Source: an uncultured delta proteobacterium (GTDB lineage Bacteria; Desulfobacterota; Binatia; Binatales; Binataceae). Taken from it: DNA of 64,000 bases. The position numbers and the translations under genes were made by a program. The notes beneath the pieces were generated by a model. That model did no database searches and was not told the origin of the DNA. It saw only the letters and a program-made list of their open reading frames with translations. This document shows, piece by piece, positions 50,341 to 60,493 of this stretch (the stretch's first letter is position 1; each line of letters begins with the position of its first letter). Where the stretch lies: the NCBI GenBank assembly GCA_963808235.1, contig CAWEEQ010000004.1, positions 768,001-832,000 on the forward strand, in the 5' to 3' direction.

Positions 50341-51462
50341 ATGGAAGATCTTATCTCGCACAATGGTACTCTAGCCGGTTCACACAACGGCATTCACGCG
50401 CCATCAAGTGTGCCTACCTACTCAACTCGGCGCCAAATGCGCGGGATTGCGATTGTTGGGCTCGGCTACTGGGGGCCCAACTGGGTGAGAAATTTTTCCC
50501 AGATACAGGGAATCGACCATGTCGTGTGCTGTGACTTCAGCCGCCCGCGGCTCGATCACATCAAGGGACGTTACCCATCGGTAGTCATTACCGACCAGCT
50601 AGACCGGGTGCTCACCGATCCCGCGATCGACGCGGTCGTAGTTGCTACGCCGGTTAACACTCACTTTGAGATAGCAAGTCGATGCCTGAAGGCAGGTAAG
50701 TCGACGCTGGTCGAGAAGCCACTGGCTACCTCATGCGACCAGGCAGAGCTTCTAATAAAGATGGCGCGCGAGCGCGATCTGACGCTTATGGCGGGCCACA
50801 CCTTCGAGTACAGCGCGCCGGTGGTGAAGATTCGCGAGCTGATCGACAGCGGCGAGCTCGGCGATATTTTCTACATCAGCTCGGTGCGCGCGAATCTCGG
50901 GCTCTTTCGCCGCGACGTCAACGTGGCCTGGGATCTGGCTACGCACGACATCTCGATCATCCTGATGCTGCTGGGCGAGATGCCGCTTGAGGTGACTTGC
51001 CAGGGCGAGAGCCACTATCACGATCACGTCGAAGACGTTGCGCTGCTCACGCTTCGCTTTGCCAACAACGTGATCGCTTTCGTGCACGTTAGCTGGCTCG
51101 ATCCGAACAAGATTCGGCGCACAACTATAGTAGGTTCGCGCAAGATGCTGGTGTACGACGACACGGCGTTGCAGGAAAAAGTCCGCGTCTACGATAAGGG
51201 CGTCACCAAGCATCCTTACTACGACACTTATGGAGACTTTCAGCTTTCATATCGTTACGGCGACGTGAATATCCCGCGGATCGACGACCCGGAGCCGCTC
51301 AAGGTGGAATGCGATCACTTTATTGAATGCATCAAGAGCGGGATTGCACCGAACAGCGACGGACTGAGCGGACTTAGAGTAGTGAAGGTGCTGGAAGCAG
51401 CCGACCGTTCGCTCAAGAGTCACGGAAGGCCGATAGCGCTTACTCCAACCAGGGTGAACTAG
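50341..51462 (+). CDS. Gfo/Idh/MocA oxidoreductase (WbpB/GnnA-like nucleotide-sugar 3-oxidase)
   Basis: GLGYWG, VEKPL, WDLATHD, SWLDP. Confidence 0.88.
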   Translation: MEDLISHNGTLAGSHNGIHAPSSVPTYSTRRQMRGIAIVGLGYWGPNWVRNFSQIQGIDHVVCCDFSRPRLDHIKGRYPSVVITDQLDRVLTDPAIDAVVVATPVNTHFEIASRCLKAGKSTLVEKPLATSCDQAELLIKMARERDLTLMAGHTFEYSAPVVKIRELIDSGELGDIFYISSVRANLGLFRRDVNVAWDLATHDISIILMLLGEMPLEVTCQGESHYHDHVEDVALLTLRFANNVIAFVHVSWLDPNKIRRTTIVGSRKMLVYDDTALQEKVRVYDKGVTKHPYYDTYGDFQLSYRYGDVNIPRIDDPEPLKVECDHFIECIKSGIAPNSDGLSGLRVVKVLEAADRSLKSHGRPIALTPTRVN

Positions 51463-51506
51463 CACACACCACTTAGATGTAGCACTGAAAGAATGTGAGA
51501 ACTGAG

Positions 51507-52007
51507 ATGTCACCGCACGAACTACCACCCAACGTATGCGCCTCGGCCGACGTGATCCTGGGCGAGGAGGTCCAATTAGCACCTTTCGTAAATCTATACG
51601 GATGCAGCGTCGGAGACGCGTCGCGAATCGGCGCCTTCGTGGAAGTTCAGCGCGACGCGCACATCGGCAAGCGCTGCAAGATATCGAGTCACACTTTCAT
51701 TTGTTCCGGCGTCACTATTGAAGATGAGGTTTTCATCGGTCACGGGGTGCTGTTCATCAACGATCGGCATCCACGCGCGACCAACCCCGACGGCACCTCC
51801 AAGACCCCGGACGATTGGGTGATGGAGCGCACTTACGTGCGGCGCGGCGCCTCGATTGGGAGCGGTGCGATCATCATGTGCGGCGTCGAGATTGGCGCGA
51901 GATCGATGGTCGCAGCCGGTGCGCTAGTGACCAGTGACGTTCCCGCGCGAGCAACTGTCCTAGGTATACCGGCACGTCTATATACCGGCCAGCGCCGGTC
52001 CGCATAG
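51507..52007 (+). CDS. Hexapeptide-repeat N-acetyltransferase (WbpD-like)
   Basis: CKISSHTFIC.GVTIEDEVFIGHGV.FIND, GASIGSGA. Confidence 0.88.
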   Translation: MSPHELPPNVCASADVILGEEVQLAPFVNLYGCSVGDASRIGAFVEVQRDAHIGKRCKISSHTFICSGVTIEDEVFIGHGVLFINDRHPRATNPDGTSKTPDDWVMERTYVRRGASIGSGAIIMCGVEIGARSMVAAGALVTSDVPARATVLGIPARLYTGQRRSA

Positions 52008-52024
52008 ATCAGGAGTCGAACGAG

Positions 52025-53161
52025 ATGCCAATCAAATTTTTGGACCTCGCGGCACAGAACCGCGAAATCATGCCACAAGTCGAGCGCGGCTTCGCGGAAA
52101 TCCACGAGAAGACTTCGTACGTTGGAGGCCCACAGGTGGCGGCGTTCGAAGAGGAATTTGCGAACTTCCTGGGCGCCCGCCAGGTGATCAGCGTGGCGAG
52201 CGGGACCGACGCGCTAAGACTCGCGCTGCTCGCGATCGGAATCGGGCCGGGCGACGAAGTGATCACGACTCCGATGACGTTCATCGCGACTGCCGAAGCG
52301 ATCGTGCAGACCGGCGCGCGGCCCTCGTTTGTGGATATCGATCCGAACACCGGAAATATGAGTGTTCCGGAAATCTCGCGCTACCTCGAGCGGGGACGCT
52401 TCACAGCGCCCAACGGCCCGCGCGCGATCGTCCCGGTTCATCTCTACGGAATGCCGGCGCCGATGATCGAAATGCGCGATCTCGCGCAGGCGTGCAACCT
52501 TAAACTGATCGAGGACGCATGCCAGGCGCATGGCGCGCGCATCACTCACGACGGCCAATCGCAATATGCCGGCACGATCGGCGCGGCCGGTTGCTTCAGT
52601 TTTTATCCCGGTAAGAATCTGGGCGCGTGGGGCGAAGGCGGGGCCGTGGCGACCAATGACGAGGAGCTGGCGGCGCAGATCCGTACGTTACGCGACCACG
52701 GACGCCTTTCGCACTACGCGCACAGTGCATATGGATACAATGCGCGGCTCGACACGATGCAGGCGGCGGTACTCCGTCCGAAGCTCGAGCGCCTGGCGGA
52801 GTGGAATGCACGACGCCGGCACTTCGCGGCGCTTTATCGTGAAACTCTGCCTCACGAGGTGGAGCTGCTGTCCGAGCCCGAGGGTATCGAGTCGTGCTAC
52901 CACCTGTTCGTCATCCGCAGCGAGCGGCGAGACGCGATCAGAACCGCGCTGCTGCAAAACCAGATCGAGTGCGGGATCCATTACCCGGTTCCGCTTCATC
53001 TACAGCCGGCATGCCGCGACCTCGGATATGCGCAAGGAGATTTTCCGCACGCCGAGACGATGGCTGACACCGTGCTGTCATTGCCGATGCATCCCTTTCT
53101 GACCGAGCGCGAAGTTAAGACGGTCAGCCAGGCAGTCAAGCGCGCATTAACCACAGGTTGA
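52025..53161 (+). CDS. DegT/DnrJ/EryC1/StrS aminotransferase (WbpE-like)
   Basis: SGTDAL, EDACQAHG, SFYPGKNLG, GYNARLD, HYPVP. Confidence 0.93.
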   Translation: MPIKFLDLAAQNREIMPQVERGFAEIHEKTSYVGGPQVAAFEEEFANFLGARQVISVASGTDALRLALLAIGIGPGDEVITTPMTFIATAEAIVQTGARPSFVDIDPNTGNMSVPEISRYLERGRFTAPNGPRAIVPVHLYGMPAPMIEMRDLAQACNLKLIEDACQAHGARITHDGQSQYAGTIGAAGCFSFYPGKNLGAWGEGGAVATNDEELAAQIRTLRDHGRLSHYAHSAYGYNARLDTMQAAVLRPKLERLAEWNARRRHFAALYRETLPHEVELLSEPEGIESCYHLFVIRSERRDAIRTALLQNQIECGIHYPVPLHLQPACRDLGYAQGDFPHAETMADTVLSLPMHPFLTEREVKTVSQAVKRALTTG

Positions 53162-53168
53162 TAATGTT

Positions 53169-54683
53169 GTGTTAGGCGGGGAATTACAGCGTCAGAAGGC
53201 GCTACTTGCGGCCACCGACGCGCTAGCAGTCGTCGGCGCGTGTGCACTGTCGCAAGCCATCAGGAACCACGATTTATACCCCCTGGACCCAGGCAACTGG
53301 GGCGAGGCGCTGGCGGGCATGGCGATGCTGGGTGTGATCTGGATACTGGTCGCGCGCGCGGTCGGGCTGTATCGAAACGGGCGGCGGCACGAAGTCAAGT
53401 CGATCGTGAAGGCGAGTTGCGCGGCGTGGTTCACGATGGTGTCGATCAGCTTTTTCCTGCATCTGGCGCCATCGCGGCTGGTGGTAGGCATCGGACTGGC
53501 GCTGACGATTGGTTTTGTCGTAACGGCGCGGATGCTGGTCCGCCGCTGCATCAAGTTTTTTTATTCGCGCCCCGAGTTCGCGGTGCCGCTGGTCATCGTT
53601 GGGGTCAATTCGTTCGGTGTTTACCTGCGTGATCGAATCAAGGAAGAGCTCACGCAGTACGAATTCCTGGGCTTTGTAGATGAAAACCCGGTCCCGCTCG
53701 CATCCAACGGTGTGAACGGGCACAGCGGCACCAACGGACACGACGACGCGAATCGGCACAACGGGCATTCCAAAACGAACGGACATTTTGGATCGACCGG
53801 GCTCGCCACTCCGGCGCCGGTAATCGGAAGCCTCGAACGCATCGCGAGTCTCGCAATCGTACATCCCAACCTTGAGGCGGTGATAGTTCTTCCCGAGCGC
53901 GACCACAGCCAGGTCGAGCGTATCATTAAGCTTTGCGAGCGTTATCGAGTTCGCTGGCGGATGATGCCGCGAGTTGCGGAATCGATGGCTCTGACGGTGG
54001 AGATGGTCGGCGCGATTCCGCTGATTGGGCCTCCGGGATCGAACATCGAAGGGCTCAACTGCGTGGTAAAGCGCGGCTTCGATGTCGTGGTGGCGAGCCT
54101 CCTGCTGCTGCTTGCGTCGCCGCTCTTGATGTTCGCGGCGATTGCGATCTGGCTCACCGACGGACATCCGTTGCTGTTTCGCCAGACCAGGGTCGGTATC
54201 CACGGCACGCCGTTCGAACTGCTGAAATTTCGCACGATGCGCACCGAGTGCTCCGACACGGTGCATCGCGAGTACGTCAAAGAATGGATTCAGCGCAATG
54301 CGGCCGAGGGGTCGGAGCCCAACGGCGCCAAGGTTTATAAGATCGGCAGCGATCCGCGGATTACGCCGATCGGACGATGGCTGCGGCGCTTCAGCATCGA
54401 CGAGCTGCCGCAACTGATCAACGTCCTTTACGGGAACATGAGTCTCATCGGACCGCGGCCCGCGATGCCGTACGAGCTCGAGCTGTACCAGGAATGGCAT
54501 CGGCATCGGCTCGACGCGCCGCCGGGAATCACCGGGCTGTGGCAGGTCAGCGGACGCAATCGTCTGTCGTTCGACGAAATGGTGCAGCTCGACATCGAAT
54601 ATATCGAAGACTGGTCGCTCGCGGGCGACATGGGAATCCTGCTGCGGACGCTGCCCGCGATGCTGCAAGGGAATGGAATGTGA
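53169..54683 (+). CDS. Priming (undecaprenyl-phosphate) sugar transferase
   Basis: KRGFD, FRQTRVG, KFRTM, DPRIT, SIDELPQLINV, GPRP, PGITGLWQVSGR. Confidence 0.93.
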   Translation: MLGGELQRQKALLAATDALAVVGACALSQAIRNHDLYPLDPGNWGEALAGMAMLGVIWILVARAVGLYRNGRRHEVKSIVKASCAAWFTMVSISFFLHLAPSRLVVGIGLALTIGFVVTARMLVRRCIKFFYSRPEFAVPLVIVGVNSFGVYLRDRIKEELTQYEFLGFVDENPVPLASNGVNGHSGTNGHDDANRHNGHSKTNGHFGSTGLATPAPVIGSLERIASLAIVHPNLEAVIVLPERDHSQVERIIKLCERYRVRWRMMPRVAESMALTVEMVGAIPLIGPPGSNIEGLNCVVKRGFDVVVASLLLLLASPLLMFAAIAIWLTDGHPLLFRQTRVGIHGTPFELLKFRTMRTECSDTVHREYVKEWIQRNAAEGSEPNGAKVYKIGSDPRITPIGRWLRRFSIDELPQLINVLYGNMSLIGPRPAMPYELELYQEWHRHRLDAPPGITGLWQVSGRNRLSFDEMVQLDIEYIEDWSLAGDMGILLRTLPAMLQGNGM

Positions 54684-56197
54684 TGGCGGCGCCGGGTGAC
54701 ATCAGCTCCGTAGCGAACGTCGAGGGTTGGCATTCGCCGGCCTTCGCGCGGGGCGTGCGTGACAACGTTATTGGCGAGGTCGGTCTGCAGGCAGTGCGGA
54801 TCGGCGGATTGGTGGTGCTCGCGCGCGCGCTGGCGCCTTCGGACTTCGGACTGTTCAGAGTCCTGATCACGATTAGCGCAATCATAATGATGGTCAATGA
54901 TTTGGCGATGCCCGACACGCTCGTGCAGCGCCAGGAGCTCAGCAGCGCGCACGAGAGCTCTGCGTGGTGGGCGACGATCGCGGTATCGGCGTTGAGCTGC
55001 GCGGTGATCTACCTGGTCGCACCGTTGATTGCGCAAGCGATGGCGATGCCGACGATTACGGGCGCGCTGCGCCTGCTATGCATCCCGATTCTGCTCGAAG
55101 GCTCGGTGACCGTACCGATCGCGAGGCTCACGCGCAAATTGCAATTCCGCACCCTTGCGATCGCCGAGGTCGTTGGCGAGCTGGCGTTCCTGGGCGTTGC
55201 GATCGCGCTGCTCGTGATGGGTCATCCTAGACTGAGCCTGGTCGGTGGCCTGTGTGCGCGGATGGGCGCGCATGCACTGCTTCTCTGGTGCGCTGAGCCG
55301 TACATCCCGCGAGTAGGACCAAGCCGCAAGGCGCTGCTCGAGCTGCGAGGCTTCGCGAGTGGCGCGATGGGCGGCCAAATCTTTCACGCGATTTCCTGCA
55401 ACATCGACTACCTGCTGGTGGGACGCACGCTCGGAAGTTCCGCGCTTGGGTTTTACGGGATGGCGTGGGACCTGCTTCGTTTCGTTCCCGACCGGCTCTA
55501 CAAAATCGCTGGCCGCGTGACGGTTCCCGCGTTCGCCCGCATGCAACATCAGCCCGAGCAACTGCGGCGCGCCTACTTGAGCTTTCTCGATTACATGTGC
55601 CGGCTGATCGTGCCGCCGCTCGTATGTATTGCGATCGCGGCGCCCGAACTGTTGCGCCAGATTTACGGACCGCAGTGGATTGCGGCCGCGCTTCCGCTGC
55701 GCATCCTGAGCTTCGGAATAATTACTATCGGGCTACGTTCGGGAATGGGCGCGGTTTTCTATTCGCTGGGACGCCCGGTATTCGAAATGTATCTGTATGC
55801 TATCCGATTCGTGCTGATCGCAGTAGCGGTGTTGGTCTCGGCATCGAGTGGATTGCTGTGGGTCTGCGCCGCTGTCAGCGCGGTCGAGGGCGCGTGCACC
55901 GTTATCGGCCAGCTGGCCGCATGCCGCCTGCTGGACGTCGGCCTCGTAAAAGTATCGCGCGCGCTCATTTCCGGATTCACGACTGCGGCAGGCTGCGCGG
56001 CTGCGACCGTAGGCGGCAGAATGCTGGCGAACAATCTCGGTATCGGCGGCCTGTTGGAACTGTCGATGATGGTTGCGCTTCCGGCGCTCGCGTTCCTTCT
56101 AATCGAAGCTCGCACCGTTCGCGAGATGCTCAGCAGCGCGCTCGGCTCCGTAAGCGTCGACAGTCCACTTCCCGAAACCGGCCAGGAGCGGGCCTAG
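54683..56197 (+). CDS. wzx: Oligosaccharide flippase (Wzx/WzxC-like)
   Basis: TGATG coupling; LARALAPSDFG, NIDYLLVGR.LG..ALGFY; multi-TM. Confidence 0.85.
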   Translation: MAAPGDISSVANVEGWHSPAFARGVRDNVIGEVGLQAVRIGGLVVLARALAPSDFGLFRVLITISAIIMMVNDLAMPDTLVQRQELSSAHESSAWWATIAVSALSCAVIYLVAPLIAQAMAMPTITGALRLLCIPILLEGSVTVPIARLTRKLQFRTLAIAEVVGELAFLGVAIALLVMGHPRLSLVGGLCARMGAHALLLWCAEPYIPRVGPSRKALLELRGFASGAMGGQIFHAISCNIDYLLVGRTLGSSALGFYGMAWDLLRFVPDRLYKIAGRVTVPAFARMQHQPEQLRRAYLSFLDYMCRLIVPPLVCIAIAAPELLRQIYGPQWIAAALPLRILSFGIITIGLRSGMGAVFYSLGRPVFEMYLYAIRFVLIAVAVLVSASSGLLWVCAAVSAVEGACTVIGQLAACRLLDVGLVKVSRALISGFTTAAGCAAATVGGRMLANNLGIGGLLELSMMVALPALAFLLIEARTVREMLSSALGSVSVDSPLPETGQERA

Positions 56198-56198
56198 C

Positions 56199-57374
56199 AT
56201 GGCGCGAGTACTAATAATCGCGTACACGGCCTACGCGCGCGACGGACGCGTCAAGCGGCAGGCCGAAGCATTGACCAGCCGCGGCGATCGGGTTGACGCG
56301 ATCTGCCTTGCCGACGGCAATGTCGCCGACACGCACGGAGTCAACGTCACCGGACTCAGGCTTCCGCGCTATCGTGGCGCAAGCAGAATTAACTACCTGC
56401 GAAGCTATATAAACTTCTTCGCCCGCGCGGCTGCGCTTGCGGTTCGACGCAGCATGAAGGAGCGCTACGATATAGTGATCGCCTGTACGATGCCCGATGC
56501 GGCAATACTAAGTGCATTACCATGTCGGTTGTTTGGATCGAAGTTAGTACTCGATGTCCACGATACCATGCCGGAGCTGTATCTCGACAAGTTTGGCGGC
56601 CGGCTGGGGCGAATCGGCGCGCGGATGCTGATGCTTCAGGAGCGCTTGAGCGCGCGACTCGCGGACCAGGTGCTGGCAGTGCACGATTTGCACGCTGAAC
56701 GCCTGCATCAATCCGGGATACCGGAACGCAAGCTGGTGGTGATTACCAACTCGCCCGATCCGCGAATTTTCCCGGTCGCGGATTCGAATCAGCCGCGCCG
56801 AATCCGGCCGAACGATGAACCATTTTCGATCATCTGCCATGGAACAATTACCCGCAGGCTCGGGCTGGATACTGCTCTGGCGGCGTTAGCCCTGCTGCAC
56901 GAGCGATTTCCTCTCATCCGGCTCAAGGTTATAGGCGCCGGCGATCATTTGAACGAGGTCAAGACTCTCAGCCGGCAACTCGGCGTCGAGTCCGCGGTCA
57001 GTTTCGAACCTCCAGTTCCGATTCAGGAACTGGCCTGCAAAATCGGCGAGGCTCACGTCGGACTGGTTCCCAACCATGCCTCGAGCGCGACGCATCTGAT
57101 GCTGCCGGTCAAGCTGCTTGAATATGTGGCGGTCGGAATCCCGGTGATATGTGCTCGTTTACGAACCGTCGAGCATTACTTCGACGAAAGATCGGTGCGT
57201 TATTTTTCTCCGAACAACGCATCGCAACTGGCGCACGCGATCGAGGATTTGTACCTCGATCCGGCGCTACGAGATAGCCTTTCGAATTCCGCGGCAAAAG
57301 TGGTTAAGAGCTTCAGCTGGCCCGTCCATAGCCAGCGCTTCTGCAATGCGGTCGATTCGCTACTCAACGTTTAG
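56199..57374 (+). CDS. Glycosyltransferase family 4
   Basis: DGRVKRQAEAL, DVHD..PE, KLLEY..GIPVI. Confidence 0.88.
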   Translation: MARVLIIAYTAYARDGRVKRQAEALTSRGDRVDAICLADGNVADTHGVNVTGLRLPRYRGASRINYLRSYINFFARAAALAVRRSMKERYDIVIACTMPDAAILSALPCRLFGSKLVLDVHDTMPELYLDKFGGRLGRIGARMLMLQERLSARLADQVLAVHDLHAERLHQSGIPERKLVVITNSPDPRIFPVADSNQPRRIRPNDEPFSIICHGTITRRLGLDTALAALALLHERFPLIRLKVIGAGDHLNEVKTLSRQLGVESAVSFEPPVPIQELACKIGEAHVGLVPNHASSATHLMLPVKLLEYVAVGIPVICARLRTVEHYFDERSVRYFSPNNASQLAHAIEDLYLDPALRDSLSNSAAKVVKSFSWPVHSQRFCNAVDSLLNV

Positions 57375-57387
57375 GAGGAGTTATCAA

Positions 57388-58203
57388 GTGCGCAGCGCAA
57401 TACCATTGGTAGTAGGCTTGGGCGAAGTCGGAAGCGCCTTGTCGCAAGTGCTGAAGGGCGACGGCCGGCGCATCCTCGAGCACGACATCGAAAGACGCGA
57501 GTTCGACGAACCGATCAGCGTGATGCATCTGTGTTTTCCATTCACCCGGCAGGATGCTTTCGAAGCTATCGCGCTTTCCTATATCAAGCGGTTCAAGCCG
57601 GAACTGACTATCATCAACAGCACTGTAGTTCCCGGAACCAGCCGGTCGATAGCTGAAAAAGCGTCGGCGCCGGTTGCCTATAGTCCGGTGCGCGGCAAAC
57701 ACATCCGAATGGCGCAGGACCTGCTGAAGTACCGCAAGTTCGTCGCTGGCACCGATGATGAGACCACGAATCGAGCTGTCGAGCATTTTCGCGAAGCCGG
57801 AATGACTACTCAGTGCATTAGCAAGTTGGAGACTCTCGAGCTTGCCAAGCTCGGTGAGACTACCTACTTCGGCGTGCTGATCGCCTTCGCACAGGAGCTC
57901 AACCGTTACGCTAATCGGGTCGATGCTGACTATGTGGAAGCGCTGGACCTGTTCGAGGAAGTCGATTTTCTGCCGCCCACGAAATACTACCCGGGCTTCA
58001 TCGGCGGTCACTGTGTGATTCCAAATATACAATTGCTGCGCACGATTGCGTCGTCGCCACTGCTCGAGGCGGTCCTCGAATCCAACCGGATGCGCGCGGG
58101 CGAGTTGGCCAACGAAGCCAAGATGGCCCTCACGCCCGAACTCAAGCCGGGCGCTGCCGCCAACGGACACAAAACGGAGTCGCAGGCTCAGCTGCGTCGC
58201 TGA
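57388..58203 (+). CDS. Short UDP-glucose/GDP-mannose dehydrogenase-family protein
   Basis: AGGAGG RBS + GTG; GLGEVG, STVVPG, YSP, AKLGET, GFIGGHCVIP. Confidence 0.75.
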   Translation: MRSAIPLVVGLGEVGSALSQVLKGDGRRILEHDIERREFDEPISVMHLCFPFTRQDAFEAIALSYIKRFKPELTIINSTVVPGTSRSIAEKASAPVAYSPVRGKHIRMAQDLLKYRKFVAGTDDETTNRAVEHFREAGMTTQCISKLETLELAKLGETTYFGVLIAFAQELNRYANRVDADYVEALDLFEEVDFLPPTKYYPGFIGGHCVIPNIQLLRTIASSPLLEAVLESNRMRAGELANEAKMALTPELKPGAAANGHKTESQAQLRR

Positions 58204-58222
58204 CGGCAGCCAAGAAGTGAAA

Positions 58223-59653
58223 ATGGAACTCGTGCAGACAGCCAGAGTATCCAAACCGCCGGCCGCCGCGATGCTGGCCGGTGTGGCGGGGCTTGGCCTG
58301 CTCGGCTTGCTGATGCTCAACTATCCGAGCCTCGCGGCCGGCGCGGTGGTCCTTGCCGGCGGAGTCGCGGTCATTTGGGCGGCCCAGATGGTGCAGGGCA
58401 ACACTGGCTACCTGCTTTGCTCGCTCCTGGTTATTGAAGAGCTGAGCGGGGCAAACTTTATCCCGCTCACACCCGATCAGCTCTACCTGGTCCGTTATCC
58501 ATTGCTGGTTGCATTTTGCGGAGCCTCCGTGTGGAAGGCGCTCCATGACAAAGAGATATGGCGGGGCGGATTCCTTGATTACCTGATCTATCTTGGTTTT
58601 GGCGTTATAAGTATTTCCTATTCACTATTGCCTGGCTATTCGACCGCCAGGATTGCAGCTGCAATTCTGATGTTCATGACGATAGTCAGAATTGCCCAAG
58701 CAGTAGCTAATCGCGAAGATATCGAGAAGCTACTCAATTGGTATCTGATCGGAACCGGAATCGTCTGGCTGGTGATACTGATCTGCTCGCTGACCATGTC
58801 TTACGATCTGATCTGGGACGTGGAAGACATGACCGGCATTGTTCGCCTGCGCGGCATCTACGGTTCTCCGAATCTGATTGGCGAAATCGCACTCCCCACC
58901 ATGGGCGTGGCGGCGGTCATGTGGAACTCGGCCAGCGGATGGAAACGGGCGCTGCTCGCCGCGGAGATAATGCTGGCGGTCACGCTCGCGATGCTGGCCG
59001 ATTCGCGATCGCCATTCATCGGTTTCGGACTCGGCGGGCTCCTCTATTTGATTTGGAGATACCGGTTCCGCGCGGTGCCGATCATTCTCGCGCTCGGAGT
59101 GGTGGGCTTCGGCCTAATTAGTCAGCTCAATCCCGAGTATCTCAGTCGTGGCGACGTTACCAGTCTCACCGGACGCACCGACATCTGGAAGTTTGCGATC
59201 GAGAAAATCGAGCAACGTCCGCTGATCGGATATGGCTTCGAGGTCGAAGGCGAAATCATGAAGGCCCACGACTTTCCGATCTGGTGGGGACCGTGGGAGG
59301 AAGGCCCGCGCAGTTCCATCCACAGTGATTATCTGTCGAAGGCGGTCAGCCTCGGCGTCCCGGCGCTGATATTTTGGGTATTTTTCATCATCCGTCCGTG
59401 GCTCGCGCTGCTCCGGCGCAAGGACGATCCGTGGAATCTGAAACCGCTCTTGTTTCTCGTTGTCATTCCGATCCTGATTCTAGATTTCACTGAGGCCACC
59501 GGCGACTGCCGTTATGCAGTAGGGACGATCGCGACGCTTGGTTGGGCGCTGGCGGAAAGGCAACGACTCGCGAACTTGCGCCGCCGTCCCGCGGCGCTCC
59601 AGCCGGCAGAGCCGATCAACCCGGCGACACCGCTGCTGCGGCGAGTAGGTTAA
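58223..59653 (+). CDS. O-antigen ligase / Wzy polymerase family protein
   Basis: Multi-TM; RLRGIYGSPN, SRS, LTGR..IW, PLIGYG, HSDY. Confidence 0.85.
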   Translation: MELVQTARVSKPPAAAMLAGVAGLGLLGLLMLNYPSLAAGAVVLAGGVAVIWAAQMVQGNTGYLLCSLLVIEELSGANFIPLTPDQLYLVRYPLLVAFCGASVWKALHDKEIWRGGFLDYLIYLGFGVISISYSLLPGYSTARIAAAILMFMTIVRIAQAVANREDIEKLLNWYLIGTGIVWLVILICSLTMSYDLIWDVEDMTGIVRLRGIYGSPNLIGEIALPTMGVAAVMWNSASGWKRALLAAEIMLAVTLAMLADSRSPFIGFGLGGLLYLIWRYRFRAVPIILALGVVGFGLISQLNPEYLSRGDVTSLTGRTDIWKFAIEKIEQRPLIGYGFEVEGEIMKAHDFPIWWGPWEEGPRSSIHSDYLSKAVSLGVPALIFWVFFIIRPWLALLRRKDDPWNLKPLLFLVVIPILILDFTEATGDCRYAVGTIATLGWALAERQRLANLRRRPAALQPAEPINPATPLLRRVG

Positions 59654-59667
59654 CGGATGTGGGCGAC

Positions 59668-60468
59668 ATGAGGCAGAGGACTAATAATCTTCCGATACTG
59701 ATGTATCACGCGATCTGGTCGGGCGCGGACGGTGCGATCCCCAGGACGTCGAGCATCGAGCACGCTGTAAAGGATCGTGACTTCCGCGCGCAACTCGATG
59801 CGATCGTCAGTGGCGCGTTTCACACCATCAAGCTCGCCGACCTCGAGCATCCGGTTGATGCGCCGAAGCCGCTGTTGATCACCTTCGATGACGGCCATGA
59901 AAGCGACTTCACCATCGCCGCGCCCGAGCTCGCGCGGCGAAATCTGCACGCAATCTTTTTTGTCGTATGGTCCTACCTCGGACAGCCCGGCTATCTGAGT
60001 CGAGAACAAGTGCTCGCGTTGCGTGAGCAAGGATTCGAAATCGGTTCGCATGGACTGACCCACGTCCCGCTCAGCAAGATAAGTCCGGCGCAAGCGTCGA
60101 ACGAAATCCTCGAATCGAAGCACAGACTGGAAGACTTGCTCCAGCAGCCAATCGCAGGGCTTGCGCTTCCGTTCGGCCATTACAACGATGCGGTGCTGAA
60201 AGCCGCGTGGGCCGCCGGCTATCGCCGGGTGATGACCTCGGACTTCAGGATTGCCAATCGGGAGCATCGGATCATGCCGCGGATGGGACCGATGGCTGAG
60301 CATACGCTGGAGGATTTCAAGTGGATGCTCGAAGCGAGTCGTGCAGCCGCGATTCGTCATCGCACGATTGAGGCGATTGGTGAGCGGTTGAAACGCTTTA
60401 TCAGCTATGGAGAGGCGCTGCTGATGCGCGCCCAGAATGGGGAGGTTCTAGCCAAGCCCGAGAAATAG
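59668..60468 (+). CDS. Polysaccharide deacetylase (CE4/NodB)
   Basis: PILMYH, ITFDDG, IGSHGLTH, PFG. Confidence 0.9.
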   Translation: MRQRTNNLPILMYHAIWSGADGAIPRTSSIEHAVKDRDFRAQLDAIVSGAFHTIKLADLEHPVDAPKPLLITFDDGHESDFTIAAPELARRNLHAIFFVVWSYLGQPGYLSREQVLALREQGFEIGSHGLTHVPLSKISPAQASNEILESKHRLEDLLQQPIAGLALPFGHYNDAVLKAAWAAGYRRVMTSDFRIANREHRIMPRMGPMAEHTLEDFKWMLEASRAAAIRHRTIEAIGERLKRFISYGEALLMRAQNGEVLAKPEK

Positions 60469-60493
60469 TCGGCGCTGACTGAAAACAAATAAA

